The translations under genes and the position numbers were made by a program. Below are positions 24,188 through 37,112 of a stretch of DNA of 64,000 nt, in pieces. Origin of the DNA: Macrostomum lignano (lineage: Eukaryota); contig NIVC01002892.1 in the NCBI GenBank assembly GCA_002269645.1, forward strand, positions 67,502 to 131,501, given 5' to 3'. Every line of letters starts with the position of its first letter. The stretch's first letter is position 1. The notes under the pieces were generated by a model that saw only the letters and a program-made list of their open reading frames with translations, searched no databases and was not told the origin of the DNA.

Positions 24188-26968
24188 ATGCATTTAAACT
24201 GCAGGGGATTCAACCCGAAAATCAGAGAGCTGACACAGTGGGTCGTCAGTCAGGAGCTAGACATTGCCCTCTTTTCTGAGACCATTCTCAAAAGTTGTCA
24301 CACTGTCCAGATTCCCGGGTACTCCATCATTCGGTATGATACCCCGCAAGTCAAACGCGGGCTTCTCCTTGCCCACTCTCCTCGCGTCAAACTCACAAAT
24401 GTGCGCTTGCAGTATGACAATGTCAACCATGAAGCCATCTCTTGCACCGTGAGCTTGTCTGACAACTCTGGTCCTGACTTCAATCTCGCTCTGGTGTACA
24501 GGTCTCCAGCACCGTACCATCTGAACCTGAACCTACTCAAAAATCTTCTCTCTCGTAGGCGCAGTGTGCTCATGGGTGACCTCAATGCCAGACACCGCTT
24601 CCTCGGGGGTGACAGCAGCAACAACATGGCTGGCTACCAGCTGCACGACTGGCTGTCTGAGGGCCCCACCTCGCCCACCATTCTCAATCAAGCCGGTCAG
24701 TTCACCAGACTGGCCACCAAAAACGGGCTGATTTCTAGGAATGTCTTGGACCTCGCCCTGGCCACTGAGGACTTTCTCCCATTTGTGCAGAACTTTGAGG
24801 TGGGTCCTGACCTGGGCAGTGACCACTTACCTATAATCCTCACGCTCAATATTCAGTCGAAGAAATGGGCTGGTCCCCCCAGACCCAAAAACTTCTCAAA
24901 AACAAACTGGGACGAGTTCAGACTCAAAATCAGTGAAGCTTTGAGCTCAGATCAGAATATTAAATTATCAAATGCTGACCAAATCAATGCCGAAGTGGAT
25001 CACATCACAAAGGCCATTCACACCGTGATTGACTCCACAGTACCAGACTGTGGTGCCAAAAACGCCCTACCCAAGTACATCCTCGACCTGATCAAAGAGC
25101 GCAGACGACTCAGACGCCTCTTCTTCAGCACACGGGATCAAAATTTCAAAACCCAAGCAAACCAGCTCGCAAATCGCATAAAGAGAGAAATTAACTCCTT
25201 CCAGAATGGAAAGCTCACCAAAGTCTGTGAGAGTATTGTTGAAAACAGCAAGAACAAGAAAGTGAAGAATTTCTGGCATGACACTAAAAAGCTGATGGGC
25301 AAATTTAAGCCAACCTCGATCCCCAGCCTCACCCTGGGTCAAACAACTGCGCACACAGATCTGGAGAAGGCTAACCTTCTAGCCGAGACTCTGGACTCAA
25401 AGATGCGCCCAGTCCCTTCCACATGCGAACAGCTCAAACGTGAGGTGGCCGATGTGGCACAGCTCACCTCATTCTACCCCGTTCCTGAGGGAATCGAACC
25501 CATCGAGACCCACCCACTTGATGCTGCATTCTCTGTGGCAGACACAGTGTGGGAACTGGAGCACCTCAGGCCTGATGGAGCACCCGGGCTGGACAAGATT
25601 CCCAACTGCGTCCTCAAGCTGGGCTTAGAGGGGGTGGCAATCACGAGACTCACTAACCTCTTCAACGCCTGCTACGGTCGAGGGATTTTCCCCAGCGCCT
25701 GGAAGAAAGCTGTGGTGACAATGATCCCCAAGCCGGACAAACCGCCCGAACACCCCAACTCCTACAGACCAATCAGCCTGACCTCATGTCTGGGCAAAGT
25801 GTTTGAGAAGCTTATAGCAAAAAGACTCACCAAGCACCTTGAGGATAATAAGACCCTAGGAGATGACCAATGCGCCTACCGCAAAATTCACTCCACGTAT
25901 GACAACCTGTGCCGTCTGGCACAAGATGTCATGGTAGCAAAGTGCAAAGCTAAAAAGTCCGCTGCAGTCTTCCTGGATGCAGAGGCAGCTTTTGACTCCA
26001 CCTGGCACGACAAGATCAGGCATAGCATGCTCACCGATGGTTTTCCACCTATGCTCATGCGAATCCTGTCTGACTACCTGCGAGACAGACAGATCCAGGT
26101 TCGAATCGAGGGGGCCCTAAGCGATCCCCACACCATCCAGGCTGGCGTCCCTCAGGGAGGCATTCTGAGCCCTCTCCTGTACCTCCTCTTCGTCAGCTCA
26201 ATGCCGACTCCCACCATCTCAAGCGTCAAACGCAGTCAATTCGCAGACGACATGGCCGTCTGGGCCTCAGCAGACACCTTTGCGGGGCTCCGAACATCCC
26301 TTCAAAGCTACCTCAGACGAGTCTTTGACTGGTGCGGTAAACAAGGCATTAGACTGAATGCCGGTAAAAGCAAAGCAATCGCTTTCAACTACAAACCCAC
26401 TAGGCGCATGGACTTGCGACCCAAACTGTATCTGGGGGACACTGAGGTTCCGTACTGTCAGGAGGTGAAATTCCTGGGTGTCCTCCTTGACCAGAGCCTC
26501 TGCCTGAACAAACATGTGGACAACATGGCAGATACCAGCAGAGCCATTGTAATGTCACTGTGCAGAATTGCAAAAATGACAAAGCTGAGTAGCACCACCC
26601 TCAGAATGCTGTACAGGGCATACGGAGAAAGCGCTCTCACCTACGGAGCGCCAATCCTGAGCCAAATCTGTGCGACTAACCAAATCAAATTGCAGAAAAT
26701 TCAAAACCTGGCTCTCCGTATCTGCTATGGTGTGCCATCCTACATCAGCATTGAATACCTGCACAAGCTGGCAGGTATGCCGATGCTCGCAGACAGGGTC
26801 AAGCAGCTGGGGGTGGCTTGGCTGCTCAAGATGAGGGCAGCCAAGCTCCACAGCTTCCACATTGAGCCGGAAGCCCCTCGGGCTCCGGGCCGAACCCCTG
26901 TCCTCAATGTCCTCTGGGATGCCATGAGGCGTCGGGAAAGAAACAGGGGATTCCCACCCCAGGGTTAG
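24188..26968 (+). CDS. LINE copy 1 ORF2: AP endonuclease + reverse transcriptase (926 aa, intact, no RNase H recognised)
   Basis: EN motifs HLNCRG, SET, LMGDLNARH, LDLALAT, GSDHLPI. RT motifs APGLDKIPN, YRPISLTSCLGK, FLDAEAAFD, GVPQGGILSP, QFADD, FLGV. Confidence 0.95.
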   Translation: MHLNCRGFNPKIRELTQWVVSQELDIALFSETILKSCHTVQIPGYSIIRYDTPQVKRGLLLAHSPRVKLTNVRLQYDNVNHEAISCTVSLSDNSGPDFNLALVYRSPAPYHLNLNLLKNLLSRRRSVLMGDLNARHRFLGGDSSNNMAGYQLHDWLSEGPTSPTILNQAGQFTRLATKNGLISRNVLDLALATEDFLPFVQNFEVGPDLGSDHLPIILTLNIQSKKWAGPPRPKNFSKTNWDEFRLKISEALSSDQNIKLSNADQINAEVDHITKAIHTVIDSTVPDCGAKNALPKYILDLIKERRRLRRLFFSTRDQNFKTQANQLANRIKREINSFQNGKLTKVCESIVENSKNKKVKNFWHDTKKLMGKFKPTSIPSLTLGQTTAHTDLEKANLLAETLDSKMRPVPSTCEQLKREVADVAQLTSFYPVPEGIEPIETHPLDAAFSVADTVWELEHLRPDGAPGLDKIPNCVLKLGLEGVAITRLTNLFNACYGRGIFPSAWKKAVVTMIPKPDKPPEHPNSYRPISLTSCLGKVFEKLIAKRLTKHLEDNKTLGDDQCAYRKIHSTYDNLCRLAQDVMVAKCKAKKSAAVFLDAEAAFDSTWHDKIRHSMLTDGFPPMLMRILSDYLRDRQIQVRIEGALSDPHTIQAGVPQGGILSPLLYLLFVSSMPTPTISSVKRSQFADDMAVWASADTFAGLRTSLQSYLRRVFDWCGKQGIRLNAGKSKAIAFNYKPTRRMDLRPKLYLGDTEVPYCQEVKFLGVLLDQSLCLNKHVDNMADTSRAIVMSLCRIAKMTKLSSTTLRMLYRAYGESALTYGAPILSQICATNQIKLQKIQNLALRICYGVPSYISIEYLHKLAGMPMLADRVKQLGVAWLLKMRAAKLHSFHIEPEAPRAPGRTPVLNVLWDAMRRRERNRGFPPQG

Positions 26969-27849
26969 GCTGGCTACCAGCCTTCCAAACCGGAAGTGAC
27001 CACGCTCTGAAACGCAACTAATAAAACTAAACTTGCTGCCTGAGACAGAGATCGGTTGATCAGTCATTAGGACTGATTAGGTAATCTCTATGTCTCCTCG
27101 CGTTTCTTTTTACAATTTTCCCAACTGTGTTTTTTACCCAACTGCTCTACAAATATCACTAATTGCTTTTTTACACCTTTACTATATTCATTCTATTTTT
27201 ACAACTAAATTCAAATATGCGCTATTGCATTTTAATCTCTTTTTTTTACTTAAATGTCTTGCTTTTATTCTCAATAGGCCTTCAAATATCTAGCACGTAT
27301 TTTTTAGATGTCCTGTTTTTATTAGATCCCTTCTTTGTGCGGGATTTCCCTCCCCTCTTTTTTATCCCCAAATGCGTGCAAAATACTGCAAAATATTGAA
27401 AAATAGTTTTATATATGTATATTTTTAATTTCAATATTCGTATTAAATATTCAAATCGAAATCTTGTAAATATTTTTAATTCTTTCGATCAAATACAAAA
27501 TATAACTGCGGCAGAGTTCTTCGGAACTGACCCGCGCCGGTTTCGACGGCACCTCGTTTTAACAACAAAGATTTCCGTGGAGGGATACTCTTAGGAGAAT
27601 TCTCTAGTTTTTGCAGGCCTTTCCTAGAAAGGCTTATTGAAGTTGAATAGTTTAGACTAGCCTAGCTTAGCTCTTAAAGTACTTTAGTTAGCCTTCCATT
27701 CCACTGTACATTTGTTTTTATCTCTACCCCACCCCTAGTCTTATCTTGCAGTCGCCCCACCCCTCTCAGCGAGCGCACTTTGTGTGCCTCCTGACTCATT
27801 AGTTAGTTGTAGTTTAGTTTAGTTGAGTGCACCCAAATAATCACGCCAT

Positions 27850-30551
27850 ATGGCTGCAAATCGCGCCAGCGCTAAAAAGATGGACTGCCGGCCCTCTCTC
27901 GAGCACCGGTATCGTCCGAACGAAGCCTACGGTCGCCAGCTTCTTGGACTGACGCCGACAGCTGAGCCATTGACTGCGAGCCCGCCGCCAGCAGGCCAGA
28001 TGCGAGCTCGACGCAGTCTGGAAGGCCGCCACTCGATCAGCCCACCGGCCGGCGAGCTCTTGCGCAACGCAGAGGAGATCCTGCGAGAGAATGAGCAGCT
28101 GCCGGAGGCTGCAGGCGCAGAGGCAGAGCAGCGCATGTCTCTCGACTGCGACGAGCCAGGCCAGACAAGCGCCCTGCCATCCAACGAGGCCGCAGCAACC
28201 ACCGAGCCACCAACTGCCGAGTCCAGCGAGCTCAGTGCGGCAGCGGCAGCGCCGACGTCTGAGGAGCGCCAGCAATCGGCTGCAGACCAGGCCTCGACGC
28301 TGCCAAAGCCCCCTGCCGAGCAACTGGACGCTGACATCAGTCAAATCATCTTCCCTGATGAGCCTGACTTGACTGACTGTCAGCAGACGATCTACGCCAG
28401 CGACAGCACCATCATCTATGCGCCCAAGTTCCTGAGCGAGGTCGCGGACCAAGTCTACGAGCGCCTGATCACCGACCTGCTGCCTCTGCCTTTCAGCATC
28501 GTCCGAGTGAGCAGCGCCGCGTCTACTGGATCGGCCCGTCGTACACCTACAGCGGGGTTGAGCTGAAGGAAAATCTAACTGGCATCAGGTAATTGAAGAC
28601 ATTCGTGACTTCATTTACCATGATACCCAGTTCGATGTCCCGAAGTTCAACTCCGTGTTGGTGAACTTCTACACCGAGCCGGGAGACCGGATTCCCTGGC
28701 ACTCGGACGATGAGGATGAGCTCGGCGACAGGCCGACGATCGCGACCGTGTCCTTCGGCGCTGAGCGGCTGTTCATGCTGCGCCGTCGGGACGGCAACGT
28801 GACGCACCGCTTTCCAACGCTGCCAGGCTCGCTGATTCTGATGGCAGGAAACTGCCAGAAACGCCTGCAGCACCAGGTGCCCGCCGCCCACTCTCAGAAT
28901 GGCGTCCGCATCTCGCTAACATTCCGTGTCACCAAGCCGGAGCTGCGGCGCAAGCGAGCTCTGCCGGATGACCCGACCTACAGCCAGCCGCTAAACGGCG
29001 GCCCATTCGGCGACGACCAAGGCGGTCGGGACGACGACCAAGGCGGCCACGACGACGACCAGGGCGGCCGGGGCGACGACAGGCCCCAGGAGCGGCAGGC
29101 GACGGCGACGCGAGACCGCGAAGGCGATCGGGGTCGGCGCGGCCGTGGCGGCCACCAGCGAGGCAGGCGAGGAGGTCGCGGCGCGGCGTCCGGTGCGGCG
29201 GCGGCTTCGGCGGCTTCCTGGCCGGCCGGTGCGGCGGCGGCTTCGGCGACAAGCGCGCAGGCGGCTGCGGCAGCGCGGCCCTACGCGCAGGTTGCGGCGC
29301 GCCCTGCGCCGCCCAGAAGGCCCCAGGCTGCCATCCCGCCGATCGTTTTTGAGGTGCACCGGGACGCGGCCAACAAGCTGATGCAGTTCGTTGCCTGGCT
29401 GCAGACCAACTTTGCCGGCGAAGCTAGAGCCGTCAACACTGCGCCGATGGCGAATCAGCCGGCCTATCTCGTGTTCCCAGCGTCGGAGCGGGACTACAAC
29501 GTCTTCCTGGGCGGCGCGCTGCGCGAGGAGAAGCTGCTCGAGCATCCCGTAAAGCGCCGTCCAGCCCGAGCCCGACCGCTGGACAACAGAACAGGGCCCG
29601 ACAGAGTGCAGCAGCAGCCGGTACGCACCTTCGTCGCTACTGAGGTGCCCCTCGCATTCTCGGAGGCTGACTTCGCGACCCTGTTGCGCGCACGCTCAAG
29701 CTGGACATTGTCAGCGTCCACAGAATCCGAGCCAGAGCGACTGGGAAGGCAACCCAGTTCGTGCGCATCTTCACAAAGTCGGCGATGACCTACGAGAAGT
29801 GCCTCCGCGATGGCATCTGCACCGACTTCTTGAAGTTCAACTGCGAGGACAGCCGCACAGACGAGCCGGTCCGCGCTCTGCAATGCCAGCGCTGCCAGGA
29901 GTTCGGCCACCGCGCTGCCAGTGTCGGGGGCAGCAGCGCTGCCGGATTTGCGGCGGCCAGCATTCCTGGAAGGAGTGCCAGCACGAGGGCCCAGCGGTCT
30001 GCGCCAACTGCGGCGGCTCGCACCGAACCACCAGTCGAGCCTGCACCGTCGCCAAGGCGGAGCACGACAAGGCGACCAGAGCGGCTGCTGAGGCCAAAGC
30101 CGCGGCGCGAGCTGCGGAAGCTGCGGCCGCTGCTGCCCCAGTGTCAAGTGAGACCGACGACGCCGCCGCCGACGACGACTCCGACAGCGGCTGGCTGATC
30201 CGCCGAGGCAGGCGCACGGTGCCGGTACCCGCCGCGATCCGGCCGCTTGTCATCGTGACCGATGATGCCAGGAGCGCTCCGGCGGCAGAGACCGAGTCTG
30301 ATGTCAATGCGACTGCTCCGTCAGCTGATGCCGGCCAGGCGGTGCAGCTGCAGCTTAGTGACTTTATGTCGGTGGTGAGCATGCTGTTGCCCCTGATCAC
30401 CCGCTCTCTGACTCAAGTGGTTGTGCAGGCCCTGTCCCGACCGCCTGGGGAGGTCCTCACTGTGGAATCAACCAGTAAAATGGTTGAGGACATTGTGCGG
30501 GCTGCACTCCAGGAAGTGCCGGGCATGGCTGGCATGACCACTGAGTCCTAG
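27850..30551 (+). CDS. LINE copy 2 ORF1 (AlkB-gag), four apparent 1-nt frameshifts
   Basis: Near-identical to copy 1, with single-base losses near 28488, 28577, 29690 and 29919. Confidence 0.8.
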
Positions 30552-30637
30552 TCTCAGGCAGCTAAACTCAAGACTTGAATTGAAACTTCAGTGCGTTAAC
30601 TGTAGACTCAAACAATCAAACCACAGCCCTGAAGATT

Positions 30638-33417
30638 ATGCATTTAAACTGCAGGGGATTCAACCCGAAAATCAGAGAGCTGACACAGTGGGTCGTCAGT
30701 CAGGAGCTAGACATTGCCCTCTTTTCTGAGACCATTCTCAAAAGTTGTCACACTGTCCAGATTCCCGGGTACTCCATCATTCGGTATGATACCCCGCAAG
30801 TCAAACGCGGGCTTCTCCTTGCCCACTCTCCTCGCGTCAAACTCACAAATGTGCGCTTGCAGTATGACAATGTCAACCATGAAGCCATCTCTTGCACCGT
30901 GAGCTTGTCTGACAACTCTGGTCCTGACTTCAATCTCGCTCTGGTGTACAGGTCTCCAGCACCGTACCATCTGAACCTGAACCTACTCAAAAATCTTCTC
31001 TCTCGTAGGCGCAGTGTGCTCATGGGTGACCTCAATGCCAGACACCGCTTCCTCGGGGGTGACAGCAGCAACAACATGGCTGGCTACCAGCTGCACGACT
31101 GGCTGTCTGAGGGCCCCACCTCGCCCACCATTCTCAATCAAGCCGGTCAGTTCACCAGACTGGCCACCAAAAACGGGCTGATTTCTAGGAATGTCTTGGA
31201 CCTCGCCCTGGCCACTGAGGACTTTCTCCCATTTGTGCAGACTTTGAGGTGGGTCCTGACCTGGGCAGTGACCACTTACCTATAATCCTCACGCTCAATA
31301 TTCAGTCGAAGAAATGGGCTGGTCCCCCCAGACCCAAAAACTTCTCAAAAACAAACTGGGACGAGTTCAGACTCAAAATCAGTGAAGCTTTGAGCTCAGA
31401 TCAGAATATTAAATTATCAAATGCTGACCAAATCAATGCCGAAGTGGATCACATCACAAAGGCCATTCACACCGTGATTGACTCCACAGTACCAGACTGT
31501 GGTGCCAAAAACGCCCTACCCAAGTACATCCTCGACCTGATCAAAGAGCGCAGACGACTCAGACGCCTCTTCTTCAGCACACGGGATCAAAATTTCAAAA
31601 CCCAAGCAAACCAGCTCGCAAATCGCATAAAGAGAGAAATTAACTCCTTCCAGAATGGAAAGCTCACCAAAGTCTGTGAGAGTATTGTTGAAAACAGCAA
31701 GAACAAGAAAGTGAAGAATTTCTGGCATGACACTAAAAAGCTGATGGGCAAATTTAAGCCAACCTCGATCCCCAGCCTCACCCTGGGTCAAACAACTGCG
31801 CACACAGATCTGGAGAAGGCTAACCTTCTAGCCGAGACTCTGGACTCAAAGATGCGCCCAGTCCCTTCCACATGCGAACAGCTCAAACGTGAGGTGGCCG
31901 ATGTGGCACAGCTCACCTCATTCTACCCCGTTCCTGAGGGAATCGAACCCATCGAGACCCACCCACTTGATGCTGCATTCTCTGTGGCAGACACAGTGTG
32001 GGAACTGGAGCACCTCAGGCCTGATGGAGCACCCGGGCTGGACAAGATTCCCAACTGCGTCCTCAAGCTGGGCTTAGAGGGGGTGGCAATCACGAGACTC
32101 ACTAACCTCTTCAACGCCTGCTACGGTCGAGGGATTTTCCCCAGCGCCTGGAAGAAAGCTGTGGTGACAATGATCCCCAAGCCGGACAAACCGCCCGAAC
32201 ACCCCAACTCCTACAGACCAATCAGCCTGACCTCATGTCTGGGCAAAGTGTTTGAGAAGCTTATAGCAAAAAGACTCACCAAGCACCTTGAGGATAATAA
32301 GACCCTAGGAGATGACCAATGCGCCTACCGCAAAATTCACTCCACGTATGACAACCTGTGCCGTCTGGCACAAGATGTCATGGTAGCAAAGTGCAAAGCT
32401 AAAAAGTCCGCTGCAGTCTTCCTGGATGCAGAGGCAGCTTTTGACTCCACCTGGCACGACAAGATCAGGCATAGCATGCTCACCGATGGTTTTCCACCTA
32501 TGCTCATGCGAATCCTGTCTGACTACCTGCGAGACAGACAGATCCAGGTTCGAATCGAGGGGGCCCTAAGCGATCCCCACACCATCCAGGCTGGCGTCCC
32601 TCAGGGAGGCATTCTGAGCCCTCTCCTGTACCTCCTCTTCGTCAGCTCAATGCCGACTCCCACCATCTCAAGCGTCAAACGCAGTCAATTCGCAGACGAC
32701 ATGGCCGTCTGGGCCTCAGCAGACACCTTTGCGGGGCTCCGAACATCCCTTCAAAGCTACCTCAGACGAGTCTTTGACTGGTGCGGTAAACAAGGCATTA
32801 GACTGAATGCCGGTAAAAGCAAAGCAATCGCTTTCAACTACAAACCCACTAGGCGCATGGACTTGCGACCCAAACTGTATCTGGGGGACACTGAGGTTCC
32901 GTACTGTCAGGAGGTGAAATTCCTGGGTGTCCTCCTTGACCAGAGCCTCTGCCTGAACAAACATGTGGACAACATGGCAGATACCAGCAGAGCCATTGTA
33001 ATGTCACTGTGCAGAATTGCAAAAATGACTAAGCTGAGTAGCACCACCCTCAGAATGCTGTACAGGGCATACGGAGAAAGCGCTCTCACCTACGGAGCGC
33101 CAATCCTGAGCCAAATCTGTGCGACTAACCAAATCAAATTGCAGAAAATTCAAAACCTGGCTCTCCGTATCTGCTATGGTGTGCCATCCTACATCAGCAT
33201 TGAATACCTGCACAAGCTGGCAGGTATGCCGATGCTCGCAGACAGGGTCAAGCAGCTGGGGGTGGCTTGGCTGCTCAAGATGAGGGCAGCCAAGCTCCAC
33301 AGCTTCCACATTGAGCCGGAAGCCCCTCGGGCTCCGGGCCGAACCCCTGTCCTCAATGTCCTCTGGGATGCCATGAGGCGTCGGGAAAGAAACAGGGGAT
33401 TCCCACCCCAGGGTTAG
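30638..33417 (+). CDS. LINE copy 2 ORF2 (EN-RT), 1-nt frameshift near 31240
   Basis: gcagactttg here versus gcagaactttg or gcaggactttg in the other copies. Confidence 0.85.
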
Positions 33418-34303
33418 GCTGGCTACCAGCCTTCCAAACCGGAAGTGACCACGCTCTGAAACGCAACTAATAAAACTAAACTTGCTGCCTGAGACAGAGA
33501 TCGGTTGATCAGTCATTAGGACTGATTAGGTAATCTCTATGTCTCCTCGCGTTTCTTTTTACAATTTTCCCAACTGTGTTTTTTACCCAACTGCTCTACA
33601 AATATCACTAATTGCTTTTTTACACCTTTACTATATTCATTCTATTTTTACAACTAAATTCAAATATGCGCTATTGCATTTTTAATCTCTATTTTTTTAC
33701 TTAAATGTCTTGCTTTTACTCTCAATAGGCCTTCAAATATCTAGCACGTATTTTTTAGATGTCCTGTTTTTATTAGATCCCTTCTTTGTGCGGGATTTCC
33801 CTCCCCTCTTTTTTATCCCCAAATGCGTGCAAAATACTGCAAAATATTGAAAAATAGTTTTATATATGTATATTTTTAATTTCAATATTCGTATTAAATA
33901 TTCAAATCGAAATCTTGTAAATATTTTTAATTCTTTCGATCAAATACAAAATATAACTGCGGCAGAGTTCTTCGGAACTGACCCGCGCCGGTTTCGACGG
34001 CACCTCGTTTTAACAACAAAGATTTCCGTGGAGGGATACTCTTAGGAGAATTCTCTAGTTTTTGCAGGCCTTTCCTAGAAAGGCTTATTAGAAGTTGAAT
34101 AGTTTAGACTAGCCTAGCTTAGCTCTTAAAGTACTTTAGTTAGCCTTCCATTCCACTGTACATTTGTTTTTATCTCTACCCCACCCCTAGTCTTATCTTG
34201 CAGTCGCCCCACCCCTCTCAGCGAGCGCACTTTGTGTGCCTCCTGACTCATTAGTAGTTGTCTAGTTTAGTTTAGTGTGAGTGCACCCAAATAATCACGC
34301 CAT

Positions 34304-37026
34304 ATGGCTGCAAATCGCGCCAGCGCTAAAAAGATGGACTGCCGGCCCTCTCTCGAGCACCGGTATCGTCCGAACGAAGCCTACGGTCGCCAGCTTCTTG
34401 GACTGACGCCGACAGCTGAGCCATTGACTGCGAGCCCGCCGCCAGCAGGCCAGATGCGAGCTCGACGCAGTCTGGAAGGCCGCCACTCGATCAGCCCACC
34501 GGCCGGCGAGCTCTTGCGCAACGCAGAGGAGATCCTGCGAGAGAATGAGCAGCTGCCGGAGGCTGCAGGCGCAGAGGCAGAGCAGCGCATGTCTCTCGAC
34601 TGCGACGAGCCAGGCCAGACAAGCGCCCTGCCATCCAACGAGGCCGCAGCAACCACCGAGCCACCAACTGCCGAGTCCAGCGAGCTCAGTGCGGCAGCGG
34701 CAGCGCCGACGTCTGAGGAGCGCCAGCAATCGGCTGCAGACCAGGCCTCGACGCTGCCAAAGCCCCCTGCCGAGCAACTGGACGCTGACATCAGTCAAAT
34801 CATCTTCCCTGATGAGCCTGACTTGACTGACTGTCAGCAGACGATCTACGCCAGCGACAGCACCATCATCTATGCGCCCAAGTTCCTGAGCGAGGTCGCG
34901 GACCAAGTCTACGAGCGCCTGATCACCGACCTGCTGCCTCTGCCTTTCAGCATCGTCCGAGTGAGCAGCGCCGCGTCTACTGGATCGGCCCGTCGTACAC
35001 CTACAGCGGGGTTGAGCTGAAGGAAAATCTAGACTGGCATCAGGTAATTGAAGACATTCGTGACTTCATTTACCATGATACCCAGTTCGATGTCCCGAAG
35101 TTCAACTCCGTGTTGGTGAACTTCTACACCGAGCCGGGAGACCGGATTCCCTGGCACTCGGACGATGAGGATGAGCTCGGCGACAGGCCGACGATCGCGA
35201 CCGTGTCCTTCGGCGCTGAGCGGCTGTTCATGCTGCGCCGTCGGGACGGCAACGTGACGCACCGCTTTCCAACGCTGCCAGGCTCGCTGATTCTGATGGC
35301 AGGAAACTGCCAGAAACGCCTGCAGCACCAGGTGCCCGCCGCCCACTCTCAGAATGGCGTCCGCATCTCGCTAACATTCCGTGTCACCAAGCCGGAGCTG
35401 CGGCGCAAGCGAGCTCTGCCGGATGACCCGACCTACAGCCAGCCGCTAAACGGCGGCCCATTCGGCGACGACCAAGGCGGTCGGGACGACGACCAAGGCG
35501 GCCACGACGACGACCAGGGCGGCCGGGGCGACGACAGGCCCCAGGAGCGGCAGGCGACGGCGACGCGAGACCGCGAAGGCGATCGGGGTCGGCGCGGCCG
35601 TGGCGGCCACCAGCGAGGCAGGCGAGGAGGTCGCGGCGCGGCGTCCGGTGCGGCGGCGGCTTCGGCGGCTTCCTGGCCGGCCGGTGCGGCGGCGGCTTCG
35701 GCGACAAGCGCGCAGGCGGCTGCGGCAGCGCGGCCCTACGCGCAGGTTGCGGCGCGCCCTGCGCCGCCCAGAAGGCCCCAGGCTGCCATCCCGCCGATCG
35801 TTTTTGAGGTGCACCGGGACGCGGCCAACAAGCTGATGCAGTTCGTTGCCTGGCTGCAGACCAACTTTGCCGGCGAAGCTCGAGCCGTCAACACTGCGCC
35901 GATGGCGAATCAGCCGGCCTATCTCGTGTTCCCAGCGTCGGAGCGGGACTACAACGTCTTCCTGGGCGGCGCGCTGCGCGAGGAGAAGCTGCTCGAGCAT
36001 CCCGTAAAGCGCCGTCCAGCCCGAGCCCGACCGCTGGACAACAGAACAGGGCCCGACAGAGTGCAGCAGCAGCCGGTACGCACCTTCGTCGCTACTGAGG
36101 TGCCCCTCGCATTCTCGGAGGCTGACTTCGCGACCCTGTTGCGCGACACGCTCAAGCTGGACATTGTCAGCGTCCACAGAATCCGAGCCAGAGCGACTGG
36201 GAAGGCAACCCAGTTCGTGCGCATCTTCACAAAGTCGGCGATGACCTACGAGAAGTGCCTCCGCGATGGCATCTGCACCGACTTCTTGAAGTTCAACTGC
36301 GAGGACAGCCGCACAGACGAGCCGGTCCGCGCTCTGCAATGCCAGCGCTGCCAGGAGTTCGGCCACCGCGCTGCCCAGTGTCGGGGGCAGCAGCGCTGCC
36401 GGATTTGCGGCGGCCAGCATTCCTGGAAGGAGTGCCAGCACGAGGGCCCAGCGGTCTGCGCCAACTGCGGCGGCTCGCACCGAACCACCAGTCGAGCCTG
36501 CACCGTCGCCAAGGCGGAGCACGACAAGGCGACCAGAGCGGCTGCTGAGGCCAAAGCCGCGGCGCGAGCTGCGGAAGCTGCGGCCGCTGCTGCCCCAGTG
36601 TCAAGTGAGACCGACGACGCCGCCGCCGACGACGACTCCGACAGCGGCTGGCTGATCCGCCGAGGCAGGCGCACGGTGCCGGTACCCGCCGCGATCCGGC
36701 CGCTTGTCATCGTGACCGATGATGCCAGGAGCGCTCCGGCGGCAGAGACCGAGTCTGCAGCAGCTGCCAGCGCTGATGTCAATGCGACTGCTCCGTCAGC
36801 TGATGCCGGCCAGGCGGTGCAGCTGCAGCTTAGTGACTTTATGTCGGTGGTGAGCATGCTGTTGCCCCTGATCACCCGCTCTCTGACTCAAGTGGTTGTG
36901 CAGGCCCTGTCCCGACCGCCTGGGGAGGTCCTCACTGTGGAATCAACCAGTAAAATGGTTGAGGACATTGTGCGGGCTGCACTCCAGGAAGTGCCGGGCA
37001 TGGCTGGCATGACCACTGAGTCCTAG
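34304..37026 (+). CDS. LINE copy 3 ORF1 (AlkB-gag), 1-nt frameshift near 34940
   Basis: ORF 35110-37026 carries the AlkB catalytic half and all three CCHC knuckles in one uninterrupted frame. Has an 18-bp insertion (AAAASA) absent from copies 1 and 2. Confidence 0.85.
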
Positions 37027-37112
37027 TCTCAGGCAGCTAAACTCAAGACTTGAATTGAAACTTCAGTGCGTTAACTGTAGACTCAAACAATCAAACCACA
37101 GCCCTGAAGATT

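Noticed and set aside
27505-27660. HDV-like or hammerhead ribozyme at the LINE junctions
   Set aside because: Hairpins are present, but the required nested pseudoknot or CUGANGA/GAAA core is not found on either strand.
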